Under the pieces are notes generated by a model. It was not told where the DNA came from and made no database searches. It worked only from the letters and a program-made list of their open reading frames with translations. Position numbers and translations under genes: made by a program. This document shows, piece after piece, positions 1 through 12,955 of a DNA stretch of 64,000 nucleotides. The first letter of the stretch is position 1. Every line of letters begins with the position of its first letter. This DNA comes from Catajapyx aquilonaris (lineage: Eukaryota), in assembly GCA_000934665.2 (NCBI GenBank), contig KZ538138.1, forward strand, positions 1 to 64,000. Direction: 5' to 3'.

Positions 1-936
1 GGAGTACTTCGAAAAAGACCATGTGCCCATTGATCCAGTTCAATAAATAGTGTGAGAAAAAAAATAAGTCTCAGTCTTTTTTGATCCGCCCTCGTACATT
101 CAACTACAAAGTTTGCAGAATTGATTAATGCTACACCGTAGCGATAACAAGCAGTTTTTTTTTAAGAAACCATCCGAGTCGCAGGTATAAAACTTGGAAA
201 TGTACTTCTGGGAATCAGCAAAGAGTGAGGCACGCCTTTAGTGTCCAATTGGCGCGAAACATTTCGCCAACTGGAAAGGTGTCGCAGGCGGTTGCTTTAA
301 TTAATCATCCTGGCCGGAGTGCAGGGTCAATACGAGGGTACCCTATGTATAAGGGCAATGAAATTCGCGAAGAGTGGAGACATTTGAGGCCGGTTGTTGA
401 ATGGCATGGCGGGGCAGAGGGCGCAATTTGGTCGCAGTTAGGTCGGAATTTGTTGAGAGAGAAAATCTCCTTGAACGGGTCAAAAAAAAAGAGTGGGCGA
501 ACGCACTTTACACCCTCGTAAACAGCTGTAAAAGGGGTTTTGGTGGGAGGGATTATAAAATATGTCTGTTGCTACAGGGAGGGGGTGGTTGGCATGGGTT
601 GGGTGGTGGGTGGGACAAATAAAGCCTGCAATTTGGGCCGAAAGGGCAGAGCCGGACCTTGCAAACTGCCCGTCGCTCAATTTGTCTTCTGGGAAAGGGC
701 GGGCGATAAAAGCGCGGGATCGGGTCCAAAGGGAGTTGCGGGTAAACAAGTCCGGAGCCAAAATTTCCGGGCTAATCGGACCGCTTTTTGTGCAGCCGTG
801 ATGGGCGCTCATGTTTATTTACCTGGCGGTATTATTCGCCCGACGGTTTTCTCTTCTCCTCTAGGGACTCCTTCCCAAAGCCGCCTTCGCCACTCGTAAA
901 AAATGCCTTAGTATTGCTCCTATATTGCCTGGTGTG

Positions 937-1297
937 AGACGAAGTTTCAGCCTGTTCGTAGACGAAAAGTCAATCTGTTCGTAGACGAAAATTCAGCCTG
1001 TTCGTAGACGAAATTTCAGCCTGTTCGTAATTGAAAGTTCAGCCTGTTCGTAGATGAAAATTCAGCCTGTTCGTAAACGAAAGATAAGCTTGTTCGTAGA
1101 CGAAAATTCAGTTCGTAGACGAAAGTTCAGCCTGTTCGTAGGCGAAATTTCAGCCTGTTCGTAATTGAAAGTTCAGCCTGTTCGTAGATGAAAATTCAGC
1201 CTGTTCGTAAACGAAAGATAAGCTTGTTCGTAGACGAAAATTCAGTTCGTAGACGAAAGTTCAGCCTGTTCGTAGGCGAAAATTCAGTTCGTTCGTA
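937..1297. repeat. 23-bp minisatellite (TTCAGCCTGTTCGTAGACGAAAA) with a 134-bp higher-order duplication
   Basis: About 15 tandem units. The variant GTTCGTAATTGAAAG recurs at 1023 and 1157 (period 134 = 5x23+19). Confidence 0.95.
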
Positions 1298-4200
1298 CAC
1301 ATGAAGTAGAAAATAAAGTAATATGCATTTCTGCAGTAGTGAGTGGTGGTATATCTTGTGGGTCAGTATTGGAGGACCTTTGGGTACAGATAGCCTGGAG
1401 CTTGGAATGGCAATTAATTCTCAAAGTACGGATGCTGCAGTGAATTGGAGTGAGCAACTTGAGCTGGCTTTGAGGATGTCGGAACCTAGCAGAGTGTGTG
1501 GTTTTGGGAAGAGTTGTATAGGAGTAAGGGGGATGGGATATTATCAAAGGACCGTTCTTACTCTGCTCGTTCTCTCTACATCAAAACCTCTTTAATTTCA
1601 AACTGGATTGCTTCAGGGATTTTCGGATTTCTCTGTTTAATCAGAGAGGCGATGAAAGCTATCATCTTACGTTTGTTTGCATAAGTGTTACAGTGATGAG
1701 GTTTTTAACTGGCAGTACTGTAATAATTCAATCGTCTAATTTGAAAAGTGGACTGCACGCTTTTATCAGTTTAGTAACTGATGTTTTTAGCAATGATAAC
1801 TCTTGATGACATTCGAGACCGTGTCTTTGACGAGCTTCTCAACTAGATCACGTGGGTATTCCGGGTCTGTTCAAGTGTCCAAATGCCTTTGGCCAACCAA
1901 GATTTTGGCAGCCTCCGTCGTCCAGATTGAATTTCAGATAGGTCTAGTAGCAGCCACTTGATTCTCCTGATTCTGGTTGGGAGCCAGCCAACGCATCATT
2001 GCTTATCGCAGCCTGGCGTATTGAGTGCCATGGCGCCTCTTTGAGGCCTCTTTGGCTCCTATTAAGTCGCCTCTTCCTATGTGAACACCCTTTTTTTTCT
2101 TTTTTCTTGGAAGGGCATCTAGTGATTGAAGGAGGAAGAAGGCTCAACCGGCGAGACCTCCTCTTCCGGATGCCAAACTCGGCCTTTATGAAAGTGTTGG
2201 CTGGAAGGCAAGGCAGTCGCAAGGGCTATGGAACATTCAAGCCCATTTCCGCCCACTTTTCCAGCGCCATTGCGGGACTCGCCGGAGGAGGAAAAAAAAA
2301 AGTAGGACAATTTCCTCAAGCGGCCCTTCACTTGCCGTATTCTTGCAAGATAATGATGGTAGGGGGCTTGGAGGAGCCCTTTAATCTCTGCCGAGGCACC
2401 AATTTGAGGGGATTGTTGGAAGCAAGGACCTAAAGGGGATGCGAGGTATGTTCTGCCTGATGCTGGGTGGGCAATCTGAGGCTTCCCTTTTTAGAGTTTG
2501 TGTATGCGGGTGGTTGTCAGGATATATTTGCAGGGCTCAAAATGTATATATGTTCCGAGGTCGCAAATGATGGGAAAGAAGTTAATCCGGTTACTTTTTT
2601 GCTGAAACTCAGGAGCTAATTTGGAAGCAGTGGACGTAATTAGCCGATCTAATGAAAAGTATGTTACAAAGGGACTTTGCGCAATAAGTGAATCAATGTG
2701 TGCCTTATACATTTTCATAATAATAGTACATACGTTAGTCTTTTTGAGTGTGACGTAACTCTTAGACGAATCTGTCACGCTCCGTCACTCGGACATAAAC
2801 TATACAAACGTGACTGGAATGTGATGGGACATTTTACAGGACACTGCAAACGTAGCAACTTCCAATTACAATGATTTCCGCTTAGTCCTTGCTAATTATA
2901 TTTATGGCATTTTAAACTAAGCGGGATGATTATTGGCATTATAGTACAATGAGCAATAGCCTCATATGTACTAGATTATCCTAAGCACACAATTAATGAT
3001 ACTGTGTTAATTCTATTGATTATATCGAGTGCAGTTTATTAATTCTGTGGTAGTCTCTATTGCACATGCAAAGTGCCGCGTTCGTAAATGTCACACTAGC
3101 GGGAAATACTGTAGAGCACGTAGAAGATTAATTGCTGTGGTAATAATCAAAATTTGAATGTTAAAAATATGCGGTTGGTGTGAGATAATTCAATGCTGAA
3201 CTTTACGGGCTAACAGTTGTGCGGCATAGTATATCATAAAAACTTGGGTTTAAAATGGATTTTGTGCAACTGAACAACAGTTTCTTTTTCGAATGAAAAA
3301 CTTTTTGCAAGTTTATCGTGATTGTATGCATTAAACATGCATGGTTAGGCAAAAATAAATCATCTGCATTGAGACACTTTGTAGGACTGTTGCGGCATAT
3401 AAAAAACGTGTTTACCACCGACTTTGCCTATATTCATGTCGGTTTTGTATACGATTTATCCGCATATTACATGCTCTCAGGTTACCTAAGCTGCGGCTTT
3501 AGGAGAGTACCCCCCACATTAACAGCAGACGCGCAAACAATTCGTAGATGGTTTTTCAGCAGAAAAACTAATTTTAAGAACCTGCATGTGATGGAAATTC
3601 TCGGATCAAAAAAGGACCTTGGATTTGCATGGCGCTCGAGTCTAGGTCTGATAAGACGAAATGGGGATTGGCGAAGAAGATGAGGTCTCGAAGGGGGTTG
3701 CCCCCCTGACGAAAAAAAAAAAAAAAAAAGTTCTTGCAAGAAAGGGAGATTAAAGTGGGTGGCATGCCCCCTTCCCACCCACCCCCCCCAAAAAATACTC
3801 GAAAGTGTAAGGTGAAAAAAAAAGAGAATCGACCGCGCAAATAGTGAGCGCGCAGTTCCACCAGATCTGCTGGATGTTTAGGGCAATTTGCGGGGCTCAC
3901 AGCCTCCTTTCTCAGGAAGACCTAGTTCATCAATTATCATTCGCAGGTGTCGGAACTGCCAAGGTGCGATCCCAAAGCAGGAGAAATATGGAGTCGGGAC
4001 TTAGCTCTCAGCTTAATGACACTAATTGCGGGCCGTGAGCAATGGACAAGGACGACAACCGACTCGCCACTCCCACAGTGTATACACACTATACGCCCTC
4101 TGGATTTACCAAACAGTAAGTTTCCAGAAACAGATAATTATGGCTGGGCATGCATTTCTGTGGAGGCTTAAAGTGACCATAGTTTCCATCGGAAGGACTC

Positions 4201-4645
4201 ATAAATTCGGGATGCCGTCATCCGCATATCTCTCAAATAATTTCACTGGGAGAGAGAGCGCCATAACTTTTATTTTGGGGAGCAGCGTCCCGGGTCGCTC
4301 TTGACAAATGTCGGGGCCTAATAAAGATGTGGGGCGGAGTTATTAGGCAGCCAGATGCAGGGCTCGGACCCTCCTCATGACAAATCCTCCCGTCATTCAA
4401 AGCTGCCAGATGGACTCTTCCCAGAACTGCCGAGCAGCAAGGAGCTATATACTCTGGGCGATTCTGGGGAATCCCTCCACTCTCGTGTAATGCAATTTTA
4501 CACTGACATCTTGTTATAACTCAGGTGTAACATTCAGAAATGGGGAGTGGAGGGGGACATATTTTATTGTTATTACCAGTCGTAGCGGAAATATGCAGTC
4601 ATTATGGTACCAGCAGTTGTAAATGTTAAAATATTCATATTGTGG

Positions 4646-4712
4646 GGTCTGACCGCCCTCAGGATCGGCGCGGCGGGAGTAGCGTTCCAAACAAACATTG
4701 GTTAGTCAAGCC
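4646..4712. repeat. Left copy of a ~67-bp direct repeat flanking family A copy 1
   Basis: GGTCTGACCGCCCTCAGGATCGGCG...CAAACAAACATTGGTTAGTCAAGCC is repeated at 5082-5139. Confidence 0.9.
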
Positions 4713-5081
4713 CATGGTCTTAGAATACTAAGGTCTGGACACTCCCTCTTGTCGCCTGCCGGGGCGTTTTGCATCAGGTGCTCACTTGAGAGCGCCATGA
4801 GACAGCTTTCACTGCTATATCATGTGGCGACCCTACCGGACCGCGCTGAACTTAGGTAGAAGGGAAGCCGCTACATGCGGGCCCAACATGGCCGTCGGCG
4901 ACCATGTTGGGTCCACCAATGTAGCGCTTCCCTTTTGTACCTATAAAGTTCAGCGCGGTCCGGTAGGGTCGCCACATAATAGAGTCAGTGAAATGTCTCA
5001 TGGCGCTCTCAGGTGAGCACCTCTTGCAAAACGCCCCATCAGGCGATAAGATAAGATCTTAGGGGAAGTGTCCGAGGGCTG
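4713..5081. mobile_element. Family A palindromic non-autonomous element, copy 1 (369 bp, reverse orientation to copies 2 and 3)
   Basis: Long imperfect inverted repeat centred near 4895, highly similar to 11462-11810 and 62473-62841. Ends are CATGGTCTTAGAATAC... and ...GTGTCCGAGGGCTG. Confidence 0.9.
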
Positions 5082-5139
5082 GGTCTGACCGCCCTCAGGA
5101 TCGGCGTAGCTTTCCAAACAAACATTGGTTAGACAAGCC
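5082..5139. repeat. Right copy of the direct repeat flanking family A copy 1
   Basis: Matches 4646-4712 except for a 9-bp indel (CGGCGGGAG) and two substitutions. Confidence 0.9.
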
Positions 5140-7206
5140 TCTCACAGGTATCCATGTCAATGTAATCTAGCGGCTCAATTCACAACTCGGTTTCAGCCCC
5201 ATCTAATGGGCGTCACAGTATGAGCCCGAAAATATCTATTATCGTAATTTTAGTGTGAAAATATGAAATACTGTCGCTTCTTGGGGCGCCACTGTCTGCT
5301 CCCATACACTGGGAGTCGGGAAGTTGGTGTGTAAGCGCTATAAGTCTCCCAGCCCTCGTTGGCATCCTGAACCCTATTATGCTGGGCCTCCGAAACAAAA
5401 AGCTGCGAGGGCATCCGGTGTGCCCGACATAAACTAGGAACAAAGGTTGCAAACCGCCGTACCGAAGATATCGATCTTCCATAGTGTATGTATCAGGGGT
5501 TGGGTCGGAGGAAGTGATGACCATGAATCACCCCGGAGTGGTCCAACCTAGATGTTTGAAACATCCGCTGATGACGTGCAGGGCGCTCCTGCAGGAAGCC
5601 CTGCAGAATGGCTCCGATATTGCCCTGGTAATGAGTGTGACCCTTGGCTCTATAACTCCACTGATTAATTAATGGCAATTTCCTGGCTTCTTTGGCGCTG
5701 GAAACACGCGGAGATTAATTCAGTTGCGCGCAGGAAATGGCTTCATTTGCGATTGGGTTTTATTCGACTATTGCCAAAAGAGGAATTCTAGAGGGGGAGA
5801 AAGGCGACGCCCTATTTTTTGATAGGTGATGGGCGATGCTCAATATTTACCTGTCAGAAGAGAAGAAAGGGAGGGATATTTCAGGGGAGTGTGTCAGAGT
5901 CGGAAGCGCTTTCATTTCCGTCCAAATATCTTGATTCTTCAGGATTTGAAGAAATGGCTTCCATATCTTATAAATGAGGGAGCCAGAGGTCATCTGGCAG
6001 ATCAAGTGCATCATTAGTCAAATGTGCCAGGACCTGCTGACTTAGGGGGGGACACAACCCTGGGTTTATGCTGGGTGGTGTGAAATTTTCATCAGAATGG
6101 CTAGAGCGAATTGGGTGCACCTTTTCTTGGGTGGGAAAGCCTTCCACTTGTGCTGGGCCCCTATAAAGCCGCTCGTTCCTGATTCCAGGAAGCTGGTGAT
6201 AAATCTTGGCGAAATATGGATCGTTACCTTGCCTTACGTTAATAAAAATAGCTCTTAACACGTTAATGGCCGGCGAGGGCTCTGCATGTCTCTCCCGAGA
6301 GCAATGGGCCAGCCTGCTTCCATTTGTTGTAATTCCCGCCCCAAGATTTACATATGTTCGCTCCACCGCCGCCCAAGATTACTTCCCAGATCAGGAATCT
6401 CCTTTGTCATCTCCTGCAGCTCTCCATTTTTTCCTCTTCTATCTCTCTCCTTTTTCCTTTTTTTTTTTTTGGGGGGGGGGGGGGGGGTCTTCTCCACCTC
6501 CAACCAGTGCAGTCGCTGGGATGGAATTGCAGATGGCCATCTTGGGTCTGACGTCACCCATTCCATCCCTATGTATGCCGAGCTGGCGTAAATTGCGGCG
6601 CTTATCTGAAACCCTCTGCATCTAACCGCAAGTCCAACCCGCTTTGCAGGTACCGGCATAACGCAATTTGTGGGAGCGACTGTAATTGCACTATGGATGT
6701 GCAGCGTGCGACTACGTACATAACCGTGGTGGGGTGTGGGTTATTTATTGTCTTGAGATTAATCCTTGCAGGTCATGTGGACTGAAGTGGAGCGCAAATT
6801 GTCAGCGGGCTATGGCTTGGCAGGGGTGGCCAAACTTCGAATTTGTGGTGAAAAATTATCTAGGTAGTGATTAGGTTAAAAGGAATGTTTTTTTTATGGT
6901 AGTGTCAGGAAGTTTTAATCACACGGTTTGTCTGAATTAATAATGCGTAAAAGTATTTTATAGCTGTAATAAAAGTCGGGGTAAGGAGGTTTTAAAATTA
7001 TAATGCCAGGTGTCTTTGTACTGTCGTAATATTATATTAGAGGGCCTGCGTGACAGAGGAGCTAAGTTAGAGCTAGTCGTTTCTATTGTACTATTTTGTA
7101 TGAATATTGGATGCATATTTATGTTCTGTAAAACGAAATGTGTTAGTATTTAAAGGATTGCCATTATTATCGCTGTTTCTTCATCAATTTGTACTTAACA
7201 TACATT

Positions 7207-7282
7207 GGGTGGAATTTTCGTCCCACTGCTAACTCAGCATGCTAAGTTAGCAGTGACTAGCAGTGGGACGAAAATTCCACCC
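7207..7282. mobile_element. 76-bp MITE with 25-bp perfect TIRs and a 4-bp flanking duplication (possibly Sola-like)
   Basis: GGGTGGAATTTTCGTCCCACTGCTA ... TAGCAGTGGGACGAAAATTCCACCC, with CATT on both sides (7203-7206, 7283-7286). Confidence 0.75.
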
Positions 7283-9284
7283 CATTGTTAACGTATTATT
7301 AGTTATTCATATTTAATCGCGTAAACACAACTTTAAAGCGTAGTTAATACCCCCAACAGGCGTGGGTCATAAAGCACTTTCAACGCTTTCGGGAAGCGCA
7401 AGTATCACGAGTTAAATTAATTTTAGGTAATGTGCGCTAATATTAAAGCAAACTTTTAAGCGTTCAGAATCAACATTTACGATCTGTTATATGCACGATA
7501 TGCTGCCCTAAACAGTCAAATACATGGAAATTAGTGGGAAAGTAATCAGATATTGTGGAATCGGGCCCGAACATATTGCACTGGCGTTGAAAATAGAGCT
7601 GGTGAAACCTATGAAACTATGCGTTCACGTTTCTGGGTTGGAAGGTATATAGGGCATGTGCTTGTTTTTGAGGAATTGAATATGGTTCGTTATAATGGGA
7701 AGTTGTTGGTCCGGAATTTTACTGGAAGAAAGGAAACCTGACCCCTTGCAAGTTTAAATTAAATGGAGCCCTTACAACTAAAGTCCACACGACGCAATGC
7801 AGCTCAGTTCTCAAGCTGAATATGCTATGCCAACACTTTATAGTACACTACGCGACAATGGCACCAAGCACGTAGCCATTTCAGCAGGAAACTCAGTTAC
7901 TTCCAGAAGTGGACTCGACAGGGTTTACAAACTCTCTCGTTATTGTAGTTCCACTGTAAAGGGCAGGAGGAAACCTGAATATTCACATGTGGCACGTGTG
8001 AGGTCGCACGCCTACAGTTGGAGTATCACACACCAAACAGTGTATTACACCGCCGAACCAATATTTACTCACCTGTAAATATAACATGCGCGGCTATAGG
8101 TTATCAACCGGCAGCTCATAGCGCTGCTATAGTAATATCCCCTCTGCTAGAGTGACCGCAGATTAAAACGGCCTGTTCTGGAGTGTTCGACACTTGACAC
8201 TGGAGAGTCCTCCAGATAACTTTTGAAGTAGCGTCGAGTGCTGCAAGCATATGGAAGTTGCTAGTGCGTGTCTGGTGGGTGCTGATGTGCTGCATGGGGG
8301 CCCTGGGCCCCTAGTTCTGCTGCCATGAAAATGAGGGCCCTTGCTGGCCGGATAGGCCTCGCGTGCGATTCGCATCGGATCCGTCATGCACGGCCGCTGC
8401 TCACCTATTACATTCAATTAAGCCTTCCAAGCAGGGCTCCTAATTAGTCATATTTCAACTCCCTGTAGATGGCGGACGCTGATTTGATCAGGCGCCGATT
8501 GTGGCCTCCGATCACTCATCCTCCAGCCAACCTGAACCCGATTCCAAGTACTGTACGAAGGTTATGCGTGTCATGTGTCTTCTGTTATGTATGACCACAT
8601 TACCAGGTATATGGAAACGGTCAGCTTAAGTGACCTTCGTAGTGGCCGCGACATTGCGCTCTCGACTGCAAATAGTGGACCTTTCGTCGACATTTCTATT
8701 TGCGGAATAAAAATCGATGGGGTTCCAAAATAGGCCGCTTTGTAACGAACCCGTAATCTTTGTGAACAACCTAATGCATCACTTGCGTCATTTGCTTCCG
8801 TAAACACAACAGTGTTGAAGCGTGTAGCTTAGAAAAGTGAAGGAAAAGAAACAGTAGAGCTGGAGCCGATTTTTACGCCGATTCGCGAGAAAAAGTGGCA
8901 TGATAATTATTTAGGCGGTGCCTCACCAGCCCTTTGTTGAAGAGACAAAAGTGAGCCGTAATAAAAGGAAGATTGTTTCATTTTTTTCATTCAGAAGGAC
9001 AAGAGGTATTCGTGATAGCGAAGAATATATTACACCGGCGACCGTGATGGGGCGACATAGATCAGCGGGGCAAGTGCACAGGCACGTAAGGTGGGTCACG
9101 GCTCCTCCCTTTTATGCCAATTCTGCCCTCTAAATGTGATTTCAAAGAGTGCCTGCCAACCGTGATTAAAATGGCGATTATTTAAGGTTGACACACCGAA
9201 AATTGTGTATGCTTGGAGTGTATGTGGTGATAGATGACCTCACTAGGTCAATGGGTCAGTGGCTAGCCTAAAACACCTGGTAGA

Positions 9285-9332
9285 CGCCATCTACCGGAGA
9301 ACATCACAGCTCGCTCGAACGCCATCTAGCGG
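9285..9332 (-). promoter_or_regulatory. Pair of CTCF-like motifs
   Basis: CGCCATCTACCGG and CGCCATCTAGCGG, 35 bp apart in the same orientation. The reverse complement resembles the CCACTAGATGGCG-type CTCF consensus. Confidence 0.3.
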
Positions 9333-11461
9333 TATTAGTTTGACTCTGTGTCAAGCTGGGGGTCTAGATTTCCAAACTTGGTCAGCTGCACTTATTGACC
9401 CTTGGGGCACCAGCAATTAATTAATAGCGCATTTGGCAGCGCGGCGATGAATGCTAGCCGGTGCAGAGATGAATTTCCTGATCTGCGGGAGGACAATCCC
9501 AGCAATCAACGCAAACATCAACAAATTATCGTGAAACAAGGGCCCGACAAAAGCGGTCCTTTTGGAGTTCATCAGCGCAACTGATATGACGCAATTATTA
9601 TCCGTTCGCAGTCGCATTGTGTTGGCGTGATTCTAATCCCGTCGTTAATCACCCCTTTATTCTACTAATTGGACATTTGTTGTAAATTCAGTCTAATGAA
9701 ATGGCCGCAGGACTTGATTTCTACCTGCTATGTTACGCATGTTGTTCCACAGCAAAGTGCTCACTAGGTCTAACCTTATTGATGGTTGCTTTCATGTTTT
9801 GTGTGCCGCTAATGAGTTGGGATATTGCTTGAGAGTCGTTTGCACATTGAATTCTATGTACCGTGCATGGCCCTGTTTCAATAACGGTGTAATTTCATTA
9901 AAATAATGCATTGTGATTTGAAACTGTGACCTCATTTTTTTAAATGTCAACTTCGCTGCCTTTTGTGCGCGGCGGGATATCAAGACAAAATGGACTTGTG
10001 TTCTTCCGTCTTGCTGTTTCTTTTTTCCCTCTGAAGTTACCATTACAAAGGGCCCTGACCGCTTTCGATTGTGAAACTGCAGCCAAGAAAAATAATGGTC
10101 CAGTTCAAAATGCCACATGTGATATATGGACTGAATAATCGGTAAAAAAAAACGCTGTTTGATCTATTTCACCAAATGCAAAAGCACAGCAAAAAACTAT
10201 GCCTATTATTTTTTTGAATTCAGTTTGAGAACAAAGCTTTGGAATTATTTACCTATACCCGCATCCAGTCAAATAAGTTACATGTGCACTGTAAGTCACT
10301 CTTTTTAAATACCGTTGGTGTGTTACCACAAGCCGCATAATTTTATAGTAGCATTTGATCCTGCAAAATGCGTTTTAAAAAAGGAAATACGCACAAAGGG
10401 TATTATGTTCTGTGCACCAGTTTCACTACAGGTCCTTTTTTTTCGATGGGGACTATTTTCGGTAGAGCTCCCCCCATACAAATGTGCTTATGGATCAATG
10501 CCTATTTTTCTCCTGTTTCCTCCACTAACCCCCATCAGTTATAGCATCCCTCCACCGCCCCATCCCGCCTAGATATACGAGCATCCAGGGTTCTGTTGCG
10601 GTTCCAAATGCATATGGATTATCTCTTCCTATTCGGAGCAAGTTTGATATGAGCTCATTCTAATGAGAAAATATTGTTGAAAAATTGCGAATTATATATA
10701 CAGAGAGGCGACTAAATTCAGATTAAAATTAACACTTTTCTTGCCCCCTTTTTTCCTCCATTTTTGATCCACGACTGGTGTCTTTAAAGCAAAGGAAATC
10801 TAATCCCAATCATTTCCCAGCAAACAAGCGACGCCCTCACCCAGGAACTTCCTTTTTTTTCCTTTACCCAAATATCTTCTTCCGTTCCCTTCTCTTTCTA
10901 TACCGTTCCGCATCATTGATCTATTTTTTGGCGGTGGTGAACCAATCAGCATGCGAATTGCAGAGTGGTTTGGGAAAGGCTAAGGCGTAGCCATGTTTGC
11001 GAATTGTATGGCAGAGCAAAAATAAATTGGAAGTTTATGCCTATATGTCAAGGGCTAATTATGGAGTGTCGTGCGGTATATTGCAGCGACGGTTTAATGG
11101 GAAGTGTCGGACGAAGGCGTAAAGAAAAGTGTTGATGGCAGGTTTGGGGTCAAGCGGGCTGACACTGATGGCGCACGGAATTCCGTCTCAGGTGCGGATC
11201 TGGCCCATTTTCATTAGAGGACTAGTGCTTCCCTGGGAAAGAAGGTGGCTCTAGGATCGATATCTGGGCAAAATTTCTCATGCCACATGCTGTACCGGGG
11301 CCCCCCCAAACACAGCAGAGCTCGTATCCGGGAGCTCCACCAAACTTTTGGGGAGAAACATCCGTCAAAATGGATATTAGCGGTGGGGAAATTTAGGAGA
11401 GGACCCCCTGGACCAAAATAGTTGTGGACACTTCCTGATTCCTTTACCTGTTGCGAGATGC

Positions 11462-11810
11462 TGGCCCCCGGACACTTCCCCTACAATCTAATCTTATCGC
11501 CTGCCGGGGCGTTTTGCATGAGGTGCTCACCTGAGAGCGCCATGAGATCTTTCATTGCGCTATTATGTGGCGACCCCACCGGACTACGCTGAACTTTATA
11601 GGTACAAAAGGGAAGCGCTACATTGGGGGACCCAACATGGTCGCCGGCGGCCATGTTGGGCCCGCTCTCTTCTGTACCTTAGTTCAGCGTAGTCCGGTAG
11701 GGTCGCCACATAATAGCGCTGTCTCATGGCGCTCTCAAGTGAGCACATAAGCAAAATGCCCCGGCAGGCGATAAGAGGGAGTGTCCAGACCTTAGTATTC
11801 TAAGACCATG
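11462..11810. mobile_element. Family A palindromic element, copy 2
   Basis: Same sequence as copies 1 and 3 with internal deletions. TGCTGG occurs at 11459-11464 and 11811-11816. Confidence 0.9.
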
Positions 11811-11825
11811 TGCTGGAGCTATATC

Positions 11826-11840
11826 CCGCCCTCTAGTGGC
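11826..11840 (-). promoter_or_regulatory. CTCF-like motif
   Basis: CCGCCCTCTAGTGGC reads GCCACTAGAGGGCGG on the minus strand, a close match to the CTCF consensus. Confidence 0.4.
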
Positions 11841-12955
11841 AGGAACAGAAAGCTCACTTTTCTGCAGAATGTTTTAGGTTGACAACTCAGCCCACAGTTG
11901 CGCTCTCCCATGGCAACCTCCTGGGAGTAAATGTAATCAATCTGATGCCGGACGATATGAAATATTCCCGTGGCATGACGGGCCCTAATCCCCCCAGCAC
12001 AGGATGTACTATATTACTAAGCTGACTTGTCCGGCGTTGCGTCCGGGGGAAAAGGAGGAGCTCGCCTCATATTCAGAATTAGTTGCGGAAAGTGGATTGG
12101 AGCTGGGGGGAGCTATAAATAACTGGCTCTCATTATGCCGCACTCTGCAAAATTTTGGTGAGAAAACTAATTGAAAAGGAGGTGCAGCCACGGGGTTTCT
12201 TTATGCGTACACAGTGTGTTGGTAATCACCTGCAAAGAAAGGAACTGTTGTTTGTGATGGGTTATTATTTCACGCGCGTTTGGCGAATGTCGGCGGTGGC
12301 AGGTTTGCGACGTGAAATGTTGCGGAAAAATGCAGCCCGGAGGTTTTCATAAGTATAGCTCTCCTAGTGCACTAGGGTAACATTTAACATTCCAAGTAGA
12401 AATTAGGAGGGAAATGAATAATTAGTGCCTGCTGCTTATAATCGTGAGGGTGGCATTTGTAATCATGGACTGCACTGTACGTATCGTATGTATTAGTGAG
12501 ATAAGAAAGGTTCACCATTAAAAAGTGCAGCCAGCTACATAAAAATCTGATAAAAAATACATAGAAATACCTGGAAAAGGCAGAATCTTTAATGCCTACG
12601 TGTACAGTACCTTTAATATCTCGTATGGACAGAACAGTCAGTCACAATTTGGTCGAAATTAAGCTAAGCACTGTTTAATTTATTTCTGGACATGTACTGT
12701 CCAGTGGTAAATAATTTTTTATTAGAGCAGTTACAGTCCCCTAGAGAAATCATTGAAAGTGAATTATCATGTATAAGATGTAATAGGCAATATTGAAACG
12801 TCAAACCCTCATACCTCGACCGTTTTTCATATCAGGCCTTCATATAGTTGCTGTTTGCTACAGTGAGCTGTATTTCATCAGCATATAGTAACTACCTACA
12901 GTAATACGTACTGTATGGTCGTTGTTTCAAGAAAAGAATTTGATTTTCAAAAACT

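Noticed and set aside
937..1297. CRISPR array
   Set aside because: The units are palindromic but head-to-tail with no unique spacers. There are no cas genes and the context is eukaryotic.
4822..5016. Apparent gene family MWRPYRT... (also 11565, 62492), and similar ORFs at 17713/30188 and 32343/32381
   Set aside because: The similarity comes from copies and arms of palindromic elements. Starts are non-ATG or inconsistent and frames are not conserved.
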